Below, in pieces: positions 1-10,205 of a stretch of 64,000 nucleotides of DNA (positions are counted from its first letter, which is position 1; every line of letters begins with the position of its first letter). A program made the translations under genes and the position numbers. The notes below the pieces were generated by a model that did no database searches, was not told the origin of the DNA, and saw only the letters and a program-made list of their open reading frames with translations. The DNA comes from Brevibacterium luteolum (GTDB lineage: Bacteria > Actinomycetota > Actinomycetes > Actinomycetales > Brevibacteriaceae): assembly GCF_013004595.1 (NCBI RefSeq), contig NZ_JABEMC010000001.1, forward strand, positions 682,001 through 746,000, written 5' to 3'.

Positions 1-116
1 TTGAACTCCAGGGTGTGCTTCCCACCCGCGCAACCCGCCTGCCGCTGCTTGAGGCATCGGAGGACCAGGTGGAGTTCCTGCGCCGCGAAATGACAAGGAG
101 CGGTTACCTCACGTGA
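1..116 (+). CDS. dapA: 3' end of 4-hydroxy-tetrahydrodipicolinate synthase (partial, begins before window)
   Basis: Frame 3 reads ELQGVLPTRATRLPLLEASEDQVEFLRREMTRSGYLT*, with the DapA C-terminal RLPL motif. The TGA at 114-116 overlaps the GTG of rnj. dapA-rnj is the usual actinobacterial order. Confidence 0.75.
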   Translation, partial: ELQGVLPTRATRLPLLEASEDQVEFLRREMTRSGYLT

Positions 117-1840
117 CCAACCAGATGACGAACTACGCGATCGATCCCGGCGACCCACCGAAGGCAGACCCCGAGGCGATGCGCATCGTCGCCCTCGGCG
201 GCCTCGGCGAGGTCGGCCGGAACATGACCGTGTTCGAGTACCACGGCAAGCTGCTCATCGTCGACTGCGGTGTGCTCTTCCCCGAAGAGGAGCAGCCCGG
301 CGTCGACCTCATCCTGCCCGACTTCAGCTACCTTGATGACCGGATGGACGACATCGTCGGACTCGTCCTCACCCACGGTCACGAAGACCACATTGGTGCC
401 GTGCCCTACCTGCTCAAGCGCCGTGAGGACATCCCCGTCCTCGGCTCCTCGCTGACCCTGGCGCTGGTGGAGGCAAAGCTCAAGGCGCACCGCCTGCGCA
501 AGACCGTCACCCGCGTGGTGCGCGAGAACGAAACCGACCAGCTCGGCCCCTTCGACCTCGAGTTCGTCGCCGTCAACCACTCGATCCCCGACGCGCTGGC
601 CGTGTTCATCCGCACCGGTGCCGGCACCGTGCTGCACACTGGCGACTTCAAGATGGACCAGCTGCCGCTCGACCGGCGGATCACCGACCTGCGCGCCTTC
701 GCCCGCCTCGGCGAAGAGGGCGTCGACCTGTTCCTCACTGACTCGACCAACGCCGAGGTCCCCGGCTTCACCGCCCCGGAGAAGGAGATCGGCCCGGTCC
801 TCGACTCCGTCATCGCGACGGCGACCAACCGGGTCATCGTCGCCTCCTTCGCCTCCCACGTCCACCGCGTCCAGCAGGTGCTGGAAGCCGCTCAGGCCCA
901 CGGCCGCAAGGTCGTGCTCGTCGGCCGGTCGATGGTGCGCAACATGAAGATCGCCCAGGACCTCGGGTTCCTGCACGCCCCGCGCGGGGTCATCATCGAC
1001 ATGAAGGACCTCGACAAGTACCCCGACGACCAGATCGTGCTCATGTGCACCGGTTCGCAGGGCGAGCCGATGGCCGCACTGTCGCGGATGGCCAACGGCT
1101 CGCACCCGAAGGTCGAGGTCAGCGCCGATGACACGATCATCCTCGCCTCCTCGCTCATCCCCGGCAACGAGACCTCCGTCTACCGCGTCATCAACGGGCT
1201 CATGAAGCTCGGCGCCCGCGTCGTGCACAAGGGCAACGCGAAGGTCCACGTCTCCGGCCACGCCTCGGCAGGGGAGCTGCTGTACTGCTACAACATCGTC
1301 AAGCCCAAGGGCGTGATGCCGGTGCACGGCGAATGGCGGCACATGCTCGCCAACGGCAAGCTCGCCGCCCAGACCGGCGTGCCGGAGGAGAACATCGTCA
1401 TCGCCGATGACGGCTGGGTCGTCGACCTCAAGGACGGCCGCGCCCGCGTCGTCGGCGCCGTCGACTGCGAATACGTCTTCGTCGACGGCTCGTCGGTCGG
1501 CGAGATCACCGAAGCCGACCTCAAGGACCGCCGCATCCTCGCCGGCGAAGGCTTCGTCTCCATCTTCATGACCGTCGACACGAAGGCGCAGAAGGTCATC
1601 ACCGGGCCGGTCATCAACTCCCGCGGCATGGCCGAGGACGACGACGTGTTCGACCACATCAAACCCAAGATCGCCGACGCTGTCGCCGAAGCGCTCACCG
1701 ACGGAGTCAAAGACCAGCACAAGCTCCAGCAGATCATCCGCCGCACCATCGGCCGCTGGATCTCCTCACGCCTGCGCCGCCGGCCGATGATCGTCCCGAT
1801 GGTCGTCGTCGTGCCCGGCGCCGACGCCGCAGTGAACTGA
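113..1840 (+). CDS. rnj: Ribonuclease J
   Basis: LGGLGEVGRNM, metallo-beta-lactamase THGHEDHIG, HTGDFK, HVSGHA and PVHGE motifs. AAGGAG RBS upstream. Confidence 0.97.
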   Translation: MTNQMTNYAIDPGDPPKADPEAMRIVALGGLGEVGRNMTVFEYHGKLLIVDCGVLFPEEEQPGVDLILPDFSYLDDRMDDIVGLVLTHGHEDHIGAVPYLLKRREDIPVLGSSLTLALVEAKLKAHRLRKTVTRVVRENETDQLGPFDLEFVAVNHSIPDALAVFIRTGAGTVLHTGDFKMDQLPLDRRITDLRAFARLGEEGVDLFLTDSTNAEVPGFTAPEKEIGPVLDSVIATATNRVIVASFASHVHRVQQVLEAAQAHGRKVVLVGRSMVRNMKIAQDLGFLHAPRGVIIDMKDLDKYPDDQIVLMCTGSQGEPMAALSRMANGSHPKVEVSADDTIILASSLIPGNETSVYRVINGLMKLGARVVHKGNAKVHVSGHASAGELLYCYNIVKPKGVMPVHGEWRHMLANGKLAAQTGVPEENIVIADDGWVVDLKDGRARVVGAVDCEYVFVDGSSVGEITEADLKDRRILAGEGFVSIFMTVDTKAQKVITGPVINSRGMAEDDDVFDHIKPKIADAVAEALTDGVKDQHKLQQIIRRTIGRWISSRLRRRPMIVPMVVVVPGADAAVN

Positions 1841-1940
1841 CCGCTCACGGCTGCCGTGCAGGCGGCAGCCGTGCGGCCATTTCCCTACACGCCGAGCCAA
1901 ATTCGGCCCGGCCTGCCGCCGCACCCCTACGATAGGCACC

Positions 1941-4784
1941 ATGGCGACCAGTACGACTTCCCCCACTGGTACCGGACGCAAGAGGCGCGGCAAGCAGGCC
2001 GCTCCCGCTGCGCGCGGCCCCAAGGGGAATCACGACACCCAGGGACCCAGCGTGTTCACTGGGGCATGGATGGGAGTGGCACACATGGCAGGCAACCGCG
2101 CCCGCAACGTGTTCACCGAGACACCCGACGACGACAATCCCAACCGCCGCGACGGCACGGCCTTCTTCCTCGTCGGCCTCGCCATCGTCTTCGCCGCCTT
2201 CGAATGGTGGCACATCCCCGGCCCGTTCGGTGACGGCGTGCGCGCCGTCGTCGAAGGCACCTTCGGCCGCGTCGCCCTCGCCCTGCCGGTGCTGCTGCTC
2301 GGCTATGCGCTGCGCCTGTTCCTGCGAGGCCGCGAAACCCGCGGCAACAACCGCATCCTCATCGGCCTCATCGGCTTCATCTTCGCCGCAGCAGGCCTGG
2401 CGCACATCGCCGTGGGCACCCCGACGTTCGCCAACTCGCACGCTGCGCTCATCAACGGCGGCGGTGCACTCGGCTTCATCATCTCCTCACCGCTGGTCGC
2501 CGCCACCACCTCGTACGTCGCGGTGCCGCTGCTCGTGCTGCTCGGACTCTTCTCCGTCCTCGTCATCACCGCCACCCCGGTCAATCGGATCCCGCAGCGC
2601 ATCTACGACGCCTACTGCGCCCTGACCGGCCACACCCAGCCGGCCCACGCCGACGAAGACGAGGCACCTGCCTCCGATGACCTCGTCAGCGAAGGCCGGC
2701 AGACGAACACGCTCAAGCCGATGGGCTCCAAGCGCCGGTCGAAGAAGAAGAAGCTCGACGTCGAAGCCGAACTCGCCAAGGCCGCCGCCGACCCGGATGT
2801 CGACCCCGCCTACGACAAGGCCTACATCCATGAGAACGACGTCACCGGCGACAAGCCCGCGCAAGATGAGCTCTACGACGTCGATGCACCCGGCCCCAAG
2901 CCCGGTGAGCGCCGGCCGACCAAGGCCGAGCAGGACGCCGCGAAGATCAAGGAGGACGCCGCCACCCGCGTGCTCGGCGCCTCGGGAGCGGGCAGCACGG
3001 CCGCCGGCGCTGTCGAGGGCAAGGTGCCCAACGTCTCGACCCCGGCCCCGCAGGCCACCGGCGAGCTGCCTGAACGCACCGAGCAGCTGACCCTGGCCGG
3101 TGACGTCACCTACACGCTGCCCTCGTCCGACGCACTCGTCGCTGGGCCGCCGGCCAAGGAGCGCTCCGAGGCCAACGACCGGGTCGTCGAATCCCTGCGC
3201 GAGGTGTTCGACCAGTTCGGCATCGACGCCCACGTCACCGGCTTCTCCCGCGGCCCGACCGTCACCCGCTACATCGTCGAGCTCGGCACCGGTGTCAAGG
3301 TCGAGAAGGTCACCGCGCTGTCGAAGAACATCGCCTACGCCGTCGCCAGCCCGGATGTCCGCATCATCTCGCCGATCCCGGGCAAGCGGGCGATCGGCAT
3401 CGAGATCCCCAACACCGACCGCGAAACCGTCGCGCTCGGCGATGTGCTGCGCTCGCAGGCCGCCCGCCAGACAGAGAACCCGATGGTCGTCGGCCTCGGC
3501 AAGGACGTCGAAGGCGGCTTCGTCGTCGCCGATCTCGCCAAGATGCCGCACCTGCTGGTGGCCGGTGCGACCGGCTCGGGCAAGTCGAGCTTCGTCAATT
3601 CGATGATCACCTCGATCATGATGCGCGCGACCCCCGACGAGGTGCGCATGATCCTCGTCGACCCCAAACGCGTCGAGCTCACCATCTACGCCGGCATCCC
3701 GCACCTCATCACCCCGATCATCACCGACCCGAAGAAGGCCGCCGAGGCACTCGACTGGGTGGTGCGGGAGATGGACACCCGCTATGACGACCTGGCCCAT
3801 TTCGGGTTCAAGCACGTCAAGGAGTTCAACAAGGCCGTCCGCGAGGGCTCTGTCACCGCGCCTCCCGGCTCGGAGCGCGAACTCCACCCGTACCCGTACC
3901 TGCTCGTCGTCATCGACGAGCTCGCCGACCTCATGATGGTCGCCCCGCGCGATGTCGAGGCCTCCGTCCAGCGCATCACGCAGCTGGCCCGTGCTGCCGG
4001 CATCCATCTGGTGCTCGCCACCCAGCGGCCCTCGGTCGACGTCGTCACCGGCCTCATCAAGGCCAATGTGCCCTCCCGCCTGGCCTTCGCGACCTCGTCG
4101 CTGGCCGACTCCCGCGTCGTGCTCGACCAGCCGGGAGCCGAAAAGCTCATCGGCCAGGGCGATGCCCTGTTCCTGCCGATGGGCGCGGCCAAGCCGATGC
4201 GCGTGCAGGGTGCGTGGGTCAACGAATCGGAGATCGAGACCGTCGTTGAGCACGTCAAGGGCGAGCTCACCCCCGTCTACCGCGAAGACGTCGCCGTCGA
4301 TGAGCCGCAGAAGGTCATCGACGAGGAGATCGGCGATGACCTCGAACTGCTCATCCAGGCCGCCGAACAGGTCGTCACCACCCAGTTCGGCTCCACGTCG
4401 ATGCTCCAGCGCAAGCTGCGTGTCGGCTTCGCCAAGGGCGGCCGCCTCATGGACCTGCTCGAATCCCGTGGCATCGTCGGTCCCTCGGAGGGACCGAAGG
4501 CCCGCGATGTGCTCATCACCCCCGAACAGCTGCCCGAGGTCATCGCCCGTCTGCGGGGCGAGGACCCGCCTGCCGCACCCGAGGCGCCGGCCGCCTCGGG
4601 CGCGGATGACGCAGCCGGCATACCGGAGACCGACCAGGCCTACGACTCGCCGCTGGCCACGGACTACGACGCCGCCGGCAATCACGACGCCGCCGGCTTC
4701 CAGCCCGGCGACATCGACCCGGACACCGGCCTGGAGATCGCCGAGGCCTCCGGTGAAGACGCGTGGCAGCTGACGAACCGGTGA
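1941..4784 (+). CDS. ftsK: DNA translocase FtsK
   Basis: N-terminal TM helices, Walker A GATGSGKS, MILVDPK, VVIDELADLM, LATQRPS, and gamma domain STSMLQRKLRVGFAKGGRLMDLLE. Confidence 0.97.
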   Translation: MATSTTSPTGTGRKRRGKQAAPAARGPKGNHDTQGPSVFTGAWMGVAHMAGNRARNVFTETPDDDNPNRRDGTAFFLVGLAIVFAAFEWWHIPGPFGDGVRAVVEGTFGRVALALPVLLLGYALRLFLRGRETRGNNRILIGLIGFIFAAAGLAHIAVGTPTFANSHAALINGGGALGFIISSPLVAATTSYVAVPLLVLLGLFSVLVITATPVNRIPQRIYDAYCALTGHTQPAHADEDEAPASDDLVSEGRQTNTLKPMGSKRRSKKKKLDVEAELAKAAADPDVDPAYDKAYIHENDVTGDKPAQDELYDVDAPGPKPGERRPTKAEQDAAKIKEDAATRVLGASGAGSTAAGAVEGKVPNVSTPAPQATGELPERTEQLTLAGDVTYTLPSSDALVAGPPAKERSEANDRVVESLREVFDQFGIDAHVTGFSRGPTVTRYIVELGTGVKVEKVTALSKNIAYAVASPDVRIISPIPGKRAIGIEIPNTDRETVALGDVLRSQAARQTENPMVVGLGKDVEGGFVVADLAKMPHLLVAGATGSGKSSFVNSMITSIMMRATPDEVRMILVDPKRVELTIYAGIPHLITPIITDPKKAAEALDWVVREMDTRYDDLAHFGFKHVKEFNKAVREGSVTAPPGSERELHPYPYLLVVIDELADLMMVAPRDVEASVQRITQLARAAGIHLVLATQRPSVDVVTGLIKANVPSRLAFATSSLADSRVVLDQPGAEKLIGQGDALFLPMGAAKPMRVQGAWVNESEIETVVEHVKGELTPVYREDVAVDEPQKVIDEEIGDDLELLIQAAEQVVTTQFGSTSMLQRKLRVGFAKGGRLMDLLESRGIVGPSEGPKARDVLITPEQLPEVIARLRGEDPPAAPEAPAASGADDAAGIPETDQAYDSPLATDYDAAGNHDAAGFQPGDIDPDTGLEIAEASGEDAWQLTNR

Positions 4785-5875
4785 GCGAACCGCGGTTCAC
4801 CGCCGCCTCGACCCGGGAGCAGATCCTGGAGATCATGCGCGCGTTCGGGGCTGATGCGCAGGCCGCTGAGATCTGCACCGAGGTGATGTTCCACACCGAC
4901 CTCTCCGGCATCGACTCCCACGGCATCTCGATGCTGCCGATCTACCACCAGGAGATCGCCGAGGGCTCCATCGACCCGGCCGCCGCACCGGTCGTCGAAC
5001 ACGACCACGGGGCCAGCGTCCTCATCGACGCCCGCGCTGGATTCGGGCACCTGGCCGGGCACGCGGGGATGCGCCAGGCGATGGCGAAGGCCCGGGAATA
5101 CGGCATCGGGCTGGCCACCGTGCACCGCGCCAACCACTACGGCGCCGCCGGCTACTACGCGATCATGGCCGCCCGCGAGGGCCTCATCGGCCTGTCGATG
5201 TGCTCGACCCGCGGCGCGCTGCAGACCCCGACGGGCGCAAAACACCCGTTCATGGGCACCAACCCGATCGGCTTCGCCGCCCCGGCCGGTGACGACGAAC
5301 CCGTCGTCCTCGACATGGCCACCACGACCGTGCCGCTGAACAAGGTGAAGGTCCACGAGCTCACCGGCCGCCAGCTCGGCCCCGACTGGGTCACAGACAC
5401 CACCGGCACACCGGTCCGGAACGCTGCAACCGCCTATGCCGGGCTGACCGACGAATCCGGCCGCTACGGCCTCAGCCCGCTCGGCGGACCCGGCCCGCAG
5501 GCCGCCGGGCACAAAGGCTACGGCCTGGCGACCATGGTGCAGATCCTGTCTGCAGCACTCGGCGGAGCTGACCAGCCGGGCAATAAGGACGGCTTCCACG
5601 ACGTCGGTTACACCTTCATCGCCATCGACCCCGGTCTCGTCAACCCCGCCAACCCGGCAGCCGGCTACACCGCGCAGCTGCGGGAGGACCTGAGGGCAGC
5701 CGCATCGCTGGACCCGGCCGTGCCCGTCCAGGTCGCAGGAGACCCGCAGATCGCCCACCGCGCCGACCGCTCAGCCCACGGCATCCCACTGGCCGCACGG
5801 CTGACCGAGCAGCTCGCAGCACTGTGCGCCGACCTCGGCTGCCGATACCTGCTGGAGACCCAGCCACCGGCCTGA
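4781..5875 (+). CDS. Ldh_2-family (malate/L-lactate/ureidoglycolate/sulfolactate dehydrogenase-like) oxidoreductase
   Basis: GIDSHG, NHYGAAGYY, GTNPI, DMATT and HKGYGL motifs. The GTG at 4781 overlaps the ftsK stop (GTGA). Confidence 0.9.
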   Translation: MSEPRFTAASTREQILEIMRAFGADAQAAEICTEVMFHTDLSGIDSHGISMLPIYHQEIAEGSIDPAAAPVVEHDHGASVLIDARAGFGHLAGHAGMRQAMAKAREYGIGLATVHRANHYGAAGYYAIMAAREGLIGLSMCSTRGALQTPTGAKHPFMGTNPIGFAAPAGDDEPVVLDMATTTVPLNKVKVHELTGRQLGPDWVTDTTGTPVRNAATAYAGLTDESGRYGLSPLGGPGPQAAGHKGYGLATMVQILSAALGGADQPGNKDGFHDVGYTFIAIDPGLVNPANPAAGYTAQLREDLRAAASLDPAVPVQVAGDPQIAHRADRSAHGIPLAARLTEQLAALCADLGCRYLLETQPPA

Positions 5876-5909
5876 ACAGGGGGTGAGTGAGCGGCTAGAC
5901 TGGCCGGTG

Positions 5910-6518
5910 ATGACTTCACACGATGCGGCTGCCCAGAAGCCGAGCAACTTCAACGTCCCGAACGTTCTCACAACGGTGCGGATCCTGCTCGTCCCCGTCT
6001 TCCTCTTCGTGCTGCTCGCCCACGACGGCCTCGACCCGGTGTGGCGGCTGTGGGCGCTCATCATCTTCCTGCTCGCGATGATCACCGACAAGATCGACGG
6101 CGACATCGCCCGCCGCTACAACCTCATCACCGACTTCGGCAAGATCGCCGACCCGATCGCCGACAAGGCTCTCATGTCCGCAGCCCTGCTGGGCCTGTGG
6201 TGGATCGAGGTGCTGCCGATTTGGATCCCGGTCATCATCCTCATCCGCGAGTTCGGCATCACCATCCTCAGGCTCCTCATCGTCAAGCGCATCGTGCTGC
6301 CGGCCTCGAAGGGCGGCAAGCTCAAGACCGTGCTGCAGACCGTCGCGCTGGCGCTGTTCATCGCCATCGCCCCGCTGCACGCCGTGCTGCCGGCCATCGT
6401 GACGTTCTGGCTCGTCATCTTCGCCTGGGTCGTGCTCACCGCCGCGGTCATCGTCACGATCGTCACCGGCGTGGACTACCTCGTCCAGATCTACAAGCGG
6501 CTCAAGGTCACCCCGTGA
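5910..6518 (+). CDS. pgsA: CDP-diacylglycerol--glycerol-3-phosphate 3-phosphatidyltransferase
   Basis: NVPNVLT and the CDP-alcohol phosphatidyltransferase motif DKIDGDIAR...GKIADPIADK. Start could be 5907 or 5910. Confidence 0.95.
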   Translation: MTSHDAAAQKPSNFNVPNVLTTVRILLVPVFLFVLLAHDGLDPVWRLWALIIFLLAMITDKIDGDIARRYNLITDFGKIADPIADKALMSAALLGLWWIEVLPIWIPVIILIREFGITILRLLIVKRIVLPASKGGKLKTVLQTVALALFIAIAPLHAVLPAIVTFWLVIFAWVVLTAAVIVTIVTGVDYLVQIYKRLKVTP

Positions 6519-7000
6519 CCGTCGCCGAGATCATCCGCCGCCTCACCACCGCCGGGCTGACCGTGGCCACCTGCGAATCGCTGACCGCCGGGAAGCTCGC
6601 GGCCACGATCGCCGACGTGCCCGGTGCCTCGGCCGTGCTGCGCGGGGGACTGGTCACCTATGCCACCGACCTCAAAACCGAACTGGCCGGCGTCGACGCC
6701 GACCTGCTTACCGCCTCGGGAGCGGTCCACCCGCAGGTCGCCGCCCAGATGGCCACGGGCGCGGCCCGCGCCTGCCAGGCCGATATCGCATTGGCCTGCA
6801 CCGGGGTCGCCGGACCGGACCCGCAGGACGGCCAGCCGGTCGGCCGGGTCTTCACCGCCCTGCTCGCCCCGCAGATGGCCGAACCCGAGGTGGTGGGCCA
6901 CGACTTCTCCGGTGACCGCGCCCAGATCCGGCAGGCGACCGTCGAGGCCTGCCTGTCCCAGCTGGCCGCCTGGGTGCAGGATCGCTGGGCATTGTCTTAA
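6515..7000 (+). CDS. cinA: CinA-family protein (NMN deamidase C-terminal domain)
   Basis: VATCESLTAG, DVPGASAVLRGGLVTY and TGVAGP motifs. The GTG at 6515 overlaps the pgsA stop. Confidence 0.92.
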   Translation: MTVAEIIRRLTTAGLTVATCESLTAGKLAATIADVPGASAVLRGGLVTYATDLKTELAGVDADLLTASGAVHPQVAAQMATGAARACQADIALACTGVAGPDPQDGQPVGRVFTALLAPQMAEPEVVGHDFSGDRAQIRQATVEACLSQLAAWVQDRWALS

Positions 7001-7048
7001 ACAGCGGCCCTGAGGCGGCGCCGGATTGACGGAAACGGTAGATTGGAT

Positions 7049-7074
7049 GGAACAAACCACAGCACCGCGGTGTT
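7049..7074 (+). promoter_or_regulatory. SigH/SigR-type ECF sigma promoter of clgR
   Basis: GGAAC (7049-7053)-N18-GTT (7072-7074) matches the actinobacterial GGAAY-N18-GTT consensus, 40 nt before the clgR ATG. Confidence 0.7.
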
Positions 7075-7114
7075 GAAGGTTTCACATGAACCCTGTCGCT
7101 GAGAAAGGACGCAC

Positions 7115-7429
7115 ATGACTCTTCTGCGGACCGAGATCGGTGACACGCTGAGGACCGCACGTCGCCGGCAGAACCGAACCCTGCGCGACGTCTCCACCGG
7201 GGCCAGCGTGTCCCTGGGCTACCTGAGTGAGATCGAACGCGGCCAGAAGGAGGCCTCCTCCGAGCTGCTCGCCGCCATCTGCGAAGCCCTCGATATGCCG
7301 GTCTCCCTGCTGCTGCGCGAGGTCAGCGACCGCTTCGCGATCAGCGAAGGCGTCGACATTCCCGACACCGTTCCCGCCGAGCTGTCCGAGCGCGTGCTCG
7401 CAGACGAAGCGCTGGCCGGACAGGCCTGA
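7115..7429 (+). CDS. clgR: XRE-family HTH transcriptional regulator, ClgR-like
   Basis: [11 protein letters not shown]...RTLRDVS...[21 protein letters not shown]. Conserved position after cinA. Confidence 0.88.
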   Translation: MTLLRTEIGDTLRTARRRQNRTLRDVSTGASVSLGYLSEIERGQKEASSELLAAICEALDMPVSLLLREVSDRFAISEGVDIPDTVPAELSERVLADEALAGQA

Positions 7430-7659
7430 TGCGCCACACCGCCTACTGGGAGCTCATGAACGACGAGTTCGGCTCCATCCGCGCAGCCTCCCTGCACACC
7501 GACCTGGCGCTCTCAGCGTTGGGCTCACGCACCCCGGCCGAGGCATTCGAAGCCGGATTCGAGGCGCGTGAGATCTGGTTGGCTGTCTGCGCTGCCGCAG
7601 GAGTTCCCGAAGAGCGCTGGCTCGGTCAGGACAGGAAGCCGCGGGCCAACCCGTTCTGA
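7429..7659 (+). CDS. DUF3046-family protein
   Basis: [15 protein letters not shown]...LGSRTPAEA...REIWLAVC. Conserved position upstream of recA. Confidence 0.85.
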   Translation: MRHTAYWELMNDEFGSIRAASLHTDLALSALGSRTPAEAFEAGFEAREIWLAVCAAAGVPEERWLGQDRKPRANPF

Positions 7660-7709
7660 GCAGGTGCGGGGACGCGGGCGTCGAGCGAAGGCGCTGCGTC
7701 ACGCATGCG

Positions 7710-7760
7710 GAGGCGAACTTCGACCAGAGGCGAACATCGAGCAGAGGGCAACATCGACGA
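7710..7760 (+). repeat. Three imperfect 17-bp tandem repeats upstream of recA
   Basis: gaggcgaacttcgacca / gaggcgaacatcgagca / gagggcaacatcgacga. Confidence 0.8.
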
Positions 7761-7773
7761 CACGCCGCACATT

Positions 7774-7804
7774 TCGAACTGATGTTCGCATGAGCCGCTA
7801 TAGT
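7774..7804 (+). promoter_or_regulatory. LexA SOS box and -10 element (distal recA promoter)
   Basis: TCGAAC-tgat-GTTCGC at 7774-7789 (consensus TCGAAC-N4-GTTCGA). TATAGT at 7799-7804. Confidence 0.85.
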
Positions 7805-7887
7805 GGTGCCCAGATACGCCGCCCGGCTGTGACCACAGGTGCGCAGCGCGCGGGTTGTCCACAGCTTCACATCGTGAATCGAGTCGA

Positions 7888-7909
7888 TGTCAGTGCCGGA
7901 GCCTAAAGT
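7888..7909 (+). promoter_or_regulatory. RecA-NDp / PafBC-type LexA-independent DNA-damage promoter (proximal recA promoter)
   Basis: TGTCAGTG-ccggagcc-TAAAGT matches TGTCRGTG-N8-TAnnnT exactly. Confidence 0.85.
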
Positions 7910-7946
7910 TGCTGGCAGATCGATGAACCACCTCAAGGAGGAACCC

Positions 7947-9039
<1,093 letters not shown>

Positions 9040-9053
<14 letters not shown>

Positions 9054-9675
9054 TCAGCCGGCAGGCGGCCAGGACGCGCGCAGCAATGCGGATGTCCTGG
9101 CCGCTTTGCAGCAGGCAATCGACTCCGTCGGTACCGACGGGCAGATCCAGGGTGCAGACGCGACTGCCAGGCTGCATGACACCGCCGCGGACGAACAGCC
9201 GGACCCGATCGCTGAGGATCCTGAGTACAAGCGGGCGAAGAAGCGGGCACTGAATATGCTCGCCGCGCGCGACCACTCTTCAGCCGAGCTGCGGGATAAG
9301 CTGCTTGGCCGCGAGCACCCTGAGGACATCGTCGACACCCTCATCGAACGGCTGCAGGGATCGAAGCTGCTCGATGATGCGAACTTCGCCCACAGCTTCG
9401 TGCGAGCCAAGCGCGAACAGCGCAAACTTTCACAATCAGCGCTGCGCCGCGAGCTGAAGAAGAAGGGCATCGACGGGCCCATTGCCGATGACGCCCTCGG
9501 CGAGATCGATGACGAATGGGACCTCGCCTACGCCGTCGCCGAGAAGAAGGCAGCCTCGACCCGGACACTTCCGTATGAGACACGCCAGCGCCGCATCCTC
9601 AGCATGCTCGCCCGCCGCGGCTTCCCCTCCGGCCTGTCGTTCGCTGTGACCCGGCAGGTGCTCGAAACCGACTGA
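9040..9675 (+). CDS. recX: Regulatory protein RecX
   Basis: [40 protein letters not shown]. Overlaps the recA stop. Confidence 0.92.
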
Positions 9676-9696
9676 CAGCTGCAGGCCCAGCTGAAT

Positions 9697-10044
9697 CTAA
9701 CTGCGTTCTGCTGCCCTGACGGCAACGCGCGCGGCGATGAAGACCCACGCTAAGACCCACGCGCACCCGGCGAGTGCGACGACCGCGACAGCCGCCTCAG
9801 TGAGGAACACGATCGCCACAGCACTGACGATCAGCCCGGCTCCGGCAATGCACAGATGACGTGCGGCAGCCCGATGACCGGCGACCCATGCGTCGTCCGA
9901 TTCCATCAGGGCCGCTGGCCGCAGCCCCACCCACAGATTGCGCGGCAGCGTGCCCCGATGCCCGCGGTATGCCACAGCTGCGAGCATCACCCCAGCGATG
10001 CCCAGAGACACAGCCGTGGTGAGCGAGACGATGAGATCAGTCAT
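9697..10044 (-). CDS. SdpI/YhfL-like small membrane protein
   Basis: Three hydrophobic helices with RNLWVGLR...SDDAWVAGHR, which resembles the SdpI 'N..vGiRt...sde.W...h' pattern. Confidence 0.7.
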   Translation of the reverse strand: MTDLIVSLTTAVSLGIAGVMLAAVAYRGHRGTLPRNLWVGLRPAALMESDDAWVAGHRAAARHLCIAGAGLIVSAVAIVFLTEAAVAVVALAGCAWVLAWVFIAARVAVRAAERS

Positions 10045-10205
10045 CGCCGCTCCTGGTCCGGTGCGCCGGAGACACTGATGGAATCGAGAACGGCGGGGCG
10101 TGACATGAAGGTCACTCCTTTAAGATCGGGGATGAATCGGCAGATTGTCTGCCACCGCCAGCGTGTGGGGTCGTGGCGGGGGAGCACACGCTAGAATGTC
10201 TGCCG

